Shown here piece by piece: positions 60,782 to 64,000 of a DNA stretch of 64,000 bases. The position numbers and the translations under genes were made by a program. Positions within the stretch are counted from its first letter, which is position 1; each line of letters starts with the position of its first letter. The stretch lies in contig CM035350.1 of the NCBI GenBank assembly GCA_020137815.1, positions 7,998,001-8,062,000 on the forward strand, read 5' to 3'. Source of the stretch: Hormiphora californensis (lineage: Eukaryota > Animalia > Ctenophora). The notes under the pieces were generated by a model. That model had not been told where the DNA came from, did not search any database, and worked only from the letters and a program-made list of their open reading frames with translations.

Positions 60782-64000
<3,219 letters not shown>

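Overview
Gene-dense eukaryotic (animal) genomic DNA with short GT-AG introns, many (CT)n/(TG)n microsatellites and numerous small inverted-repeat transposons. The compact layout, intronless LDLa-7TM receptor, nested antisense gene and splice acceptors next to start codons suggest a ctenophore or similar early-branching invertebrate (inference). Genes in order: frameshifted LDLa-repeat GPCR (+), PR/SET-zinc-finger PRDM-like gene (-), small membrane protein (-), SEC31 (+), mitoferrin (-), orphan type-I membrane precursor (+), Aladin/AAAS (-) with a spliced orphan gene nested antisense in its last intron, a near-intact CRE-like RLE non-LTR retrotransposon with a PHD finger, intronless RAB27 (+), CDC6 (+), and two convergent C2H2 zinc-finger paralogues sharing a 484-bp near-identical tract. 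Highlights: a window-wide signature consistent with spliced-leader trans-splicing and a candidate operon, the nested gene, nested DNA transposons with readable target-site duplications, apparent gene conversion between inverted paralogues, and a multi-hairpin element in a CDC6 intron. Exon boundaries were read by eye, and several single-base frameshifts may be consensus errors.
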